Below, one piece after another: positions 63,596-64,000 of a DNA stretch of 64,000 bases; the first letter of the stretch is position 1; every line of letters begins with the position of its first letter. The stretch is taken from the NCBI GenBank assembly GCA_964482225.1, contig CAYZWT010000023.1, positions 113 to 64,112 of the forward strand. The letters are read 5' to 3'. Origin of the DNA: an uncultured Anaerolineales bacterium (GTDB taxonomy: Bacteria > Chloroflexota > Anaerolineae > UBA1429). The position numbers were made by a program, and so were the translations under genes. The notes under the pieces are model-generated. The model had not been told where the DNA came from and made no database searches. It saw only the letters and a list, made by a program, of their open reading frames with translations.

Positions 63596-64000
63596 TTAGC
63601 CTTGCGCCTGCCGATGCGTCACATACGACGGGTTCAGGCAGCCATAGGGGACCTGGCCTGACTGGAACTCGCGCAACGAGCGGATGATGCTATCGAACCC
63701 GGCCTGGATGCAGACCGTGGTCTGGGTGGCAAGGTGGCCCGTCATAAAAACGTTGTCCAGCTTGCGCAGCTCGCTATCCGCGGGCAAGGGCTCTTTGGCA
63801 AAGACGTCCAGCCCCGCGCCAGCTATCGTGCCGTTCTTGAGGGCCTCGATCAGCGCCTGCTCATCCACCGTGCCGCCGCGCGAGGTGTTGATCAAAAAGG
63901 CCGTCGGCTTCATCTGGGCCAGGAACGCCGCGTCCACGATGTTGGCCGTCTGGGGCATCAGGGGCACATGCACGCTGACCAAGTCGCTCTCGCGGGCGAT
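63596..64000 (-). CDS. D-isomer-specific 2-hydroxyacid dehydrogenase (C-terminal part; gene continues beyond the window end)
   Basis: ...INTSRGG.VDE.AL..AL..G.IAGAGLDVF..EP is a catalytic-domain signature; the ORF is open at the window edge. Confidence 0.7.
   Translation of the reverse strand: MARESDLVSVHVPLMPQTANIVDAAFLAQMKPTAFLINTSRGGTVDEQALIEALKNGTIAGAGLDVFAKEPLPADSELRKLDNVFMTGHLATQTTVCIQAGFDSIIRSLREFQSGQVPYGCLNPSYVTHRQAQG

Noticed and set aside
63323-63600. Possible integrated element at the tRNA-Arg gene
   Set aside because: There is no integrase, no direct repeat of the tRNA 3' end, and no compositional shift in the flanks within the window, so integration cannot be supported from this sequence.

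Overview
This window is a high-GC (~67%) bacterial chromosomal segment read from the sequence and ORF track alone, with no database searches run. Coding is dense on both strands. I saw no IS elements, CRISPR arrays or rRNA. Sharp AT-rich intergenic islands carry recognisable sigma70-type promoters of the TTGACA/TACAAT kind. The taxonomic guess is Chloroflexota-like and possibly thermophilic; it rests on a bS22 mini ribosomal protein, a TtuA/TtuB tRNA-thiolation pair and Pro/Thr-rich linkers, and is inference only.

Gene content by region:
- Start of window: a NarL-type two-component system (GAF histidine kinase plus LuxR-family response regulator).
- 2.1-6.0 kb: a general-stress-like cluster (CsbD, GlsB/YmgE, YggT-like, YtxH) surrounding a large secreted fusion protein.
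- 6.9-8.2 kb: a MerR/GyrI-like regulator behind a MerR-style promoter.
- 9.4-12.4 kb: a cobalamin riboswitch ahead of two DUF4430 (transcobalamin beta-domain-like) proteins.
- Mid-window: SPFH protein, SdrD-B-repeat surface protein, RidA translationally coupled to a threonine-synthase-like PLP enzyme, a free-standing archaeal-type ThrRS editing domain, enolase-superfamily enzyme, methyltransferases, ZupT, Era, YhhQ, ttuB-ttuA, polysaccharide deacetylase, RqcH.
- 29.7-32.0 kb: a 7TM-PAS sensor with a Cys-rich C-terminus, then TrxB.
- 32.2-40.6 kb: a 1960-aa lipoprotein alpha-2-macroglobulin with an intact CVEQ thioester motif, overlapping PBP1C.
- 40.6-43.3 kb: polyprenyl synthase with type-2 IPP isomerase, and a HIT protein.
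- 43.3-51.3 kb: GH43, sulfatase and an ABC-2 transporter.
- 51.4-58.8 kb: a LuxR-HTH/TM/Kelch one-component regulator, OsmC, DUF503, NfnAB-type oxidoreductase, Gfo/Idh/MocA.
- End of window: ArsA-like ATPase, EndoIII-like protein, a solute-binding protein, a GH5-like hydrolase, tRNA-Arg(CCU) and a truncated 2-hydroxyacid dehydrogenase.

The two strongest candidates for undescribed biology:
1. A single ORF (3705..5585) fusing a signal peptide, an ice-binding-like DUF3494 domain, a TTTVTPTA tandem-repeat stalk, an LPVTG sorting motif and a complete sortase catalytic domain.
2. A cobalamin-riboswitch-gated pair of secreted or lipoprotein DUF4430 proteins, one fused to a terpenoid-cyclase-like alpha/alpha toroid, which looks like an extracellular B12-capture module.
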